Shown here: piece after piece, positions 63,725-64,000 of the stretch
Layout of the letters: each line of letters opens with the position of its first letter
How positions within the stretch are numbered: position 1 is the stretch's first letter
Assembly: GCA_963718525.1 (NCBI GenBank)
Contig: OY970355.1
Span: 2,848,001-2,912,000 of the forward strand
From: Candidatus Dormiibacterota bacterium
Lineage (GTDB): Bacteria; Chloroflexota; Dormibacteria; Aeolococcales; Aeolococcaceae
DNA length: 64,000 nt
Direction of reading: 5' to 3'
Position numbers and translations under genes: made by a program
Notes under the pieces: model-generated
Told to the model about the DNA's origin: nothing
Database searches by the model: none
What the model saw: the letters and a program-made list of their open reading frames with translations, nothing else

Positions 63725-64000
63725 ATGGCTGACCGTTACGACACGGCATACCTCCAGGGATCGCCGCCATGGGACATCGGCCGCGCTCAACCGGACCTGC
63801 TGCGCTTGCTGGAGATCAACCGGATCGCCGGGCGAGTGATCGACCTCGGCTGCGGCACCGGCGAGAACGCCATCGCCTTTTCGCTGGCGGGACTCGAGGT
63901 TGCCGGCGTCGATGGATCTTCGGAGGCGATACGTCAAGCGCGCGAAAAAGCGCAGAAGCGCGGCGTCTCGGTTCGATTCGACGTCGCGGACGTTCTCGAT
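63725..64000 (+). CDS. Class I SAM-dependent methyltransferase (TPMT-like), truncated by the window edge; absent from the ORF track
   Basis: MADRYDTAY..PPWDIGRAQP...VIDLGCGTGEN...AGVDGS; TATGCT-N6-ATG. Confidence 0.9.
   Translation, partial: MADRYDTAYLQGSPPWDIGRAQPDLLRLLEINRIAGRVIDLGCGTGENAIAFSLAGLEVAGVDGSSEAIRQAREKAQKRGVSVRFDVADVLD

Noticed and set aside
55688-64000. Run of small stand-alone genes (DinB, VOC, methyltransferases) resembling integron cassettes
   Set aside because: Mixed orientations, own promoters, no repeated attC-like sites, no integrase
1-64000. CRISPR arrays, rRNA, tRNA, IS elements, prophage or defence genes
   Set aside because: None recognised by eye on either strand

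Overview
A high-GC bacterial chromosomal window of accessory and metabolic genes. The leaderless promoters and GAAC-N4-GTTC SOS box fit Actinomycetota, Chloroflexota or Ca. Dormibacterota, but the taxon cannot be fixed from sequence alone. It holds about 60 CDSs, including a UvrD helicase with an SOS box, a DyP peroxidase, an FMN 2-hydroxy-acid dehydrogenase, prolyl aminopeptidase, a LAL (ATPase-LuxR) regulator, two NarL-type two-component systems, glycosyltransferases (GT39/83, GT4, GT87), three GGDEF/EAL proteins, TetR/MerR/Crp/GntR regulators and five gene remnants. I found no rRNA, tRNA, CRISPR array, transposase or integrase. Three features stand out. (1) An unannotated ~145-nt structured small RNA gene with its own sigma70 promoter and terminator at 57.3 kb, possibly Ms1/6S-like. 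(2) A divergon combining a Liv-type ABC importer, a class III CoA-transferase, an FAD/Fe-S 2-hydroxy-acid dehydrogenase, GntR and malonyl-CoA decarboxylase, with no malonyl-CoA synthetase; it suggests an undescribed hydroxymalonate (tartronate)-type catabolic route. (3) Two promoters 29 kb apart with identical direct-repeat architecture, defining a candidate LAL-regulator regulon. All product calls come from motif recognition by eye, not database searches.
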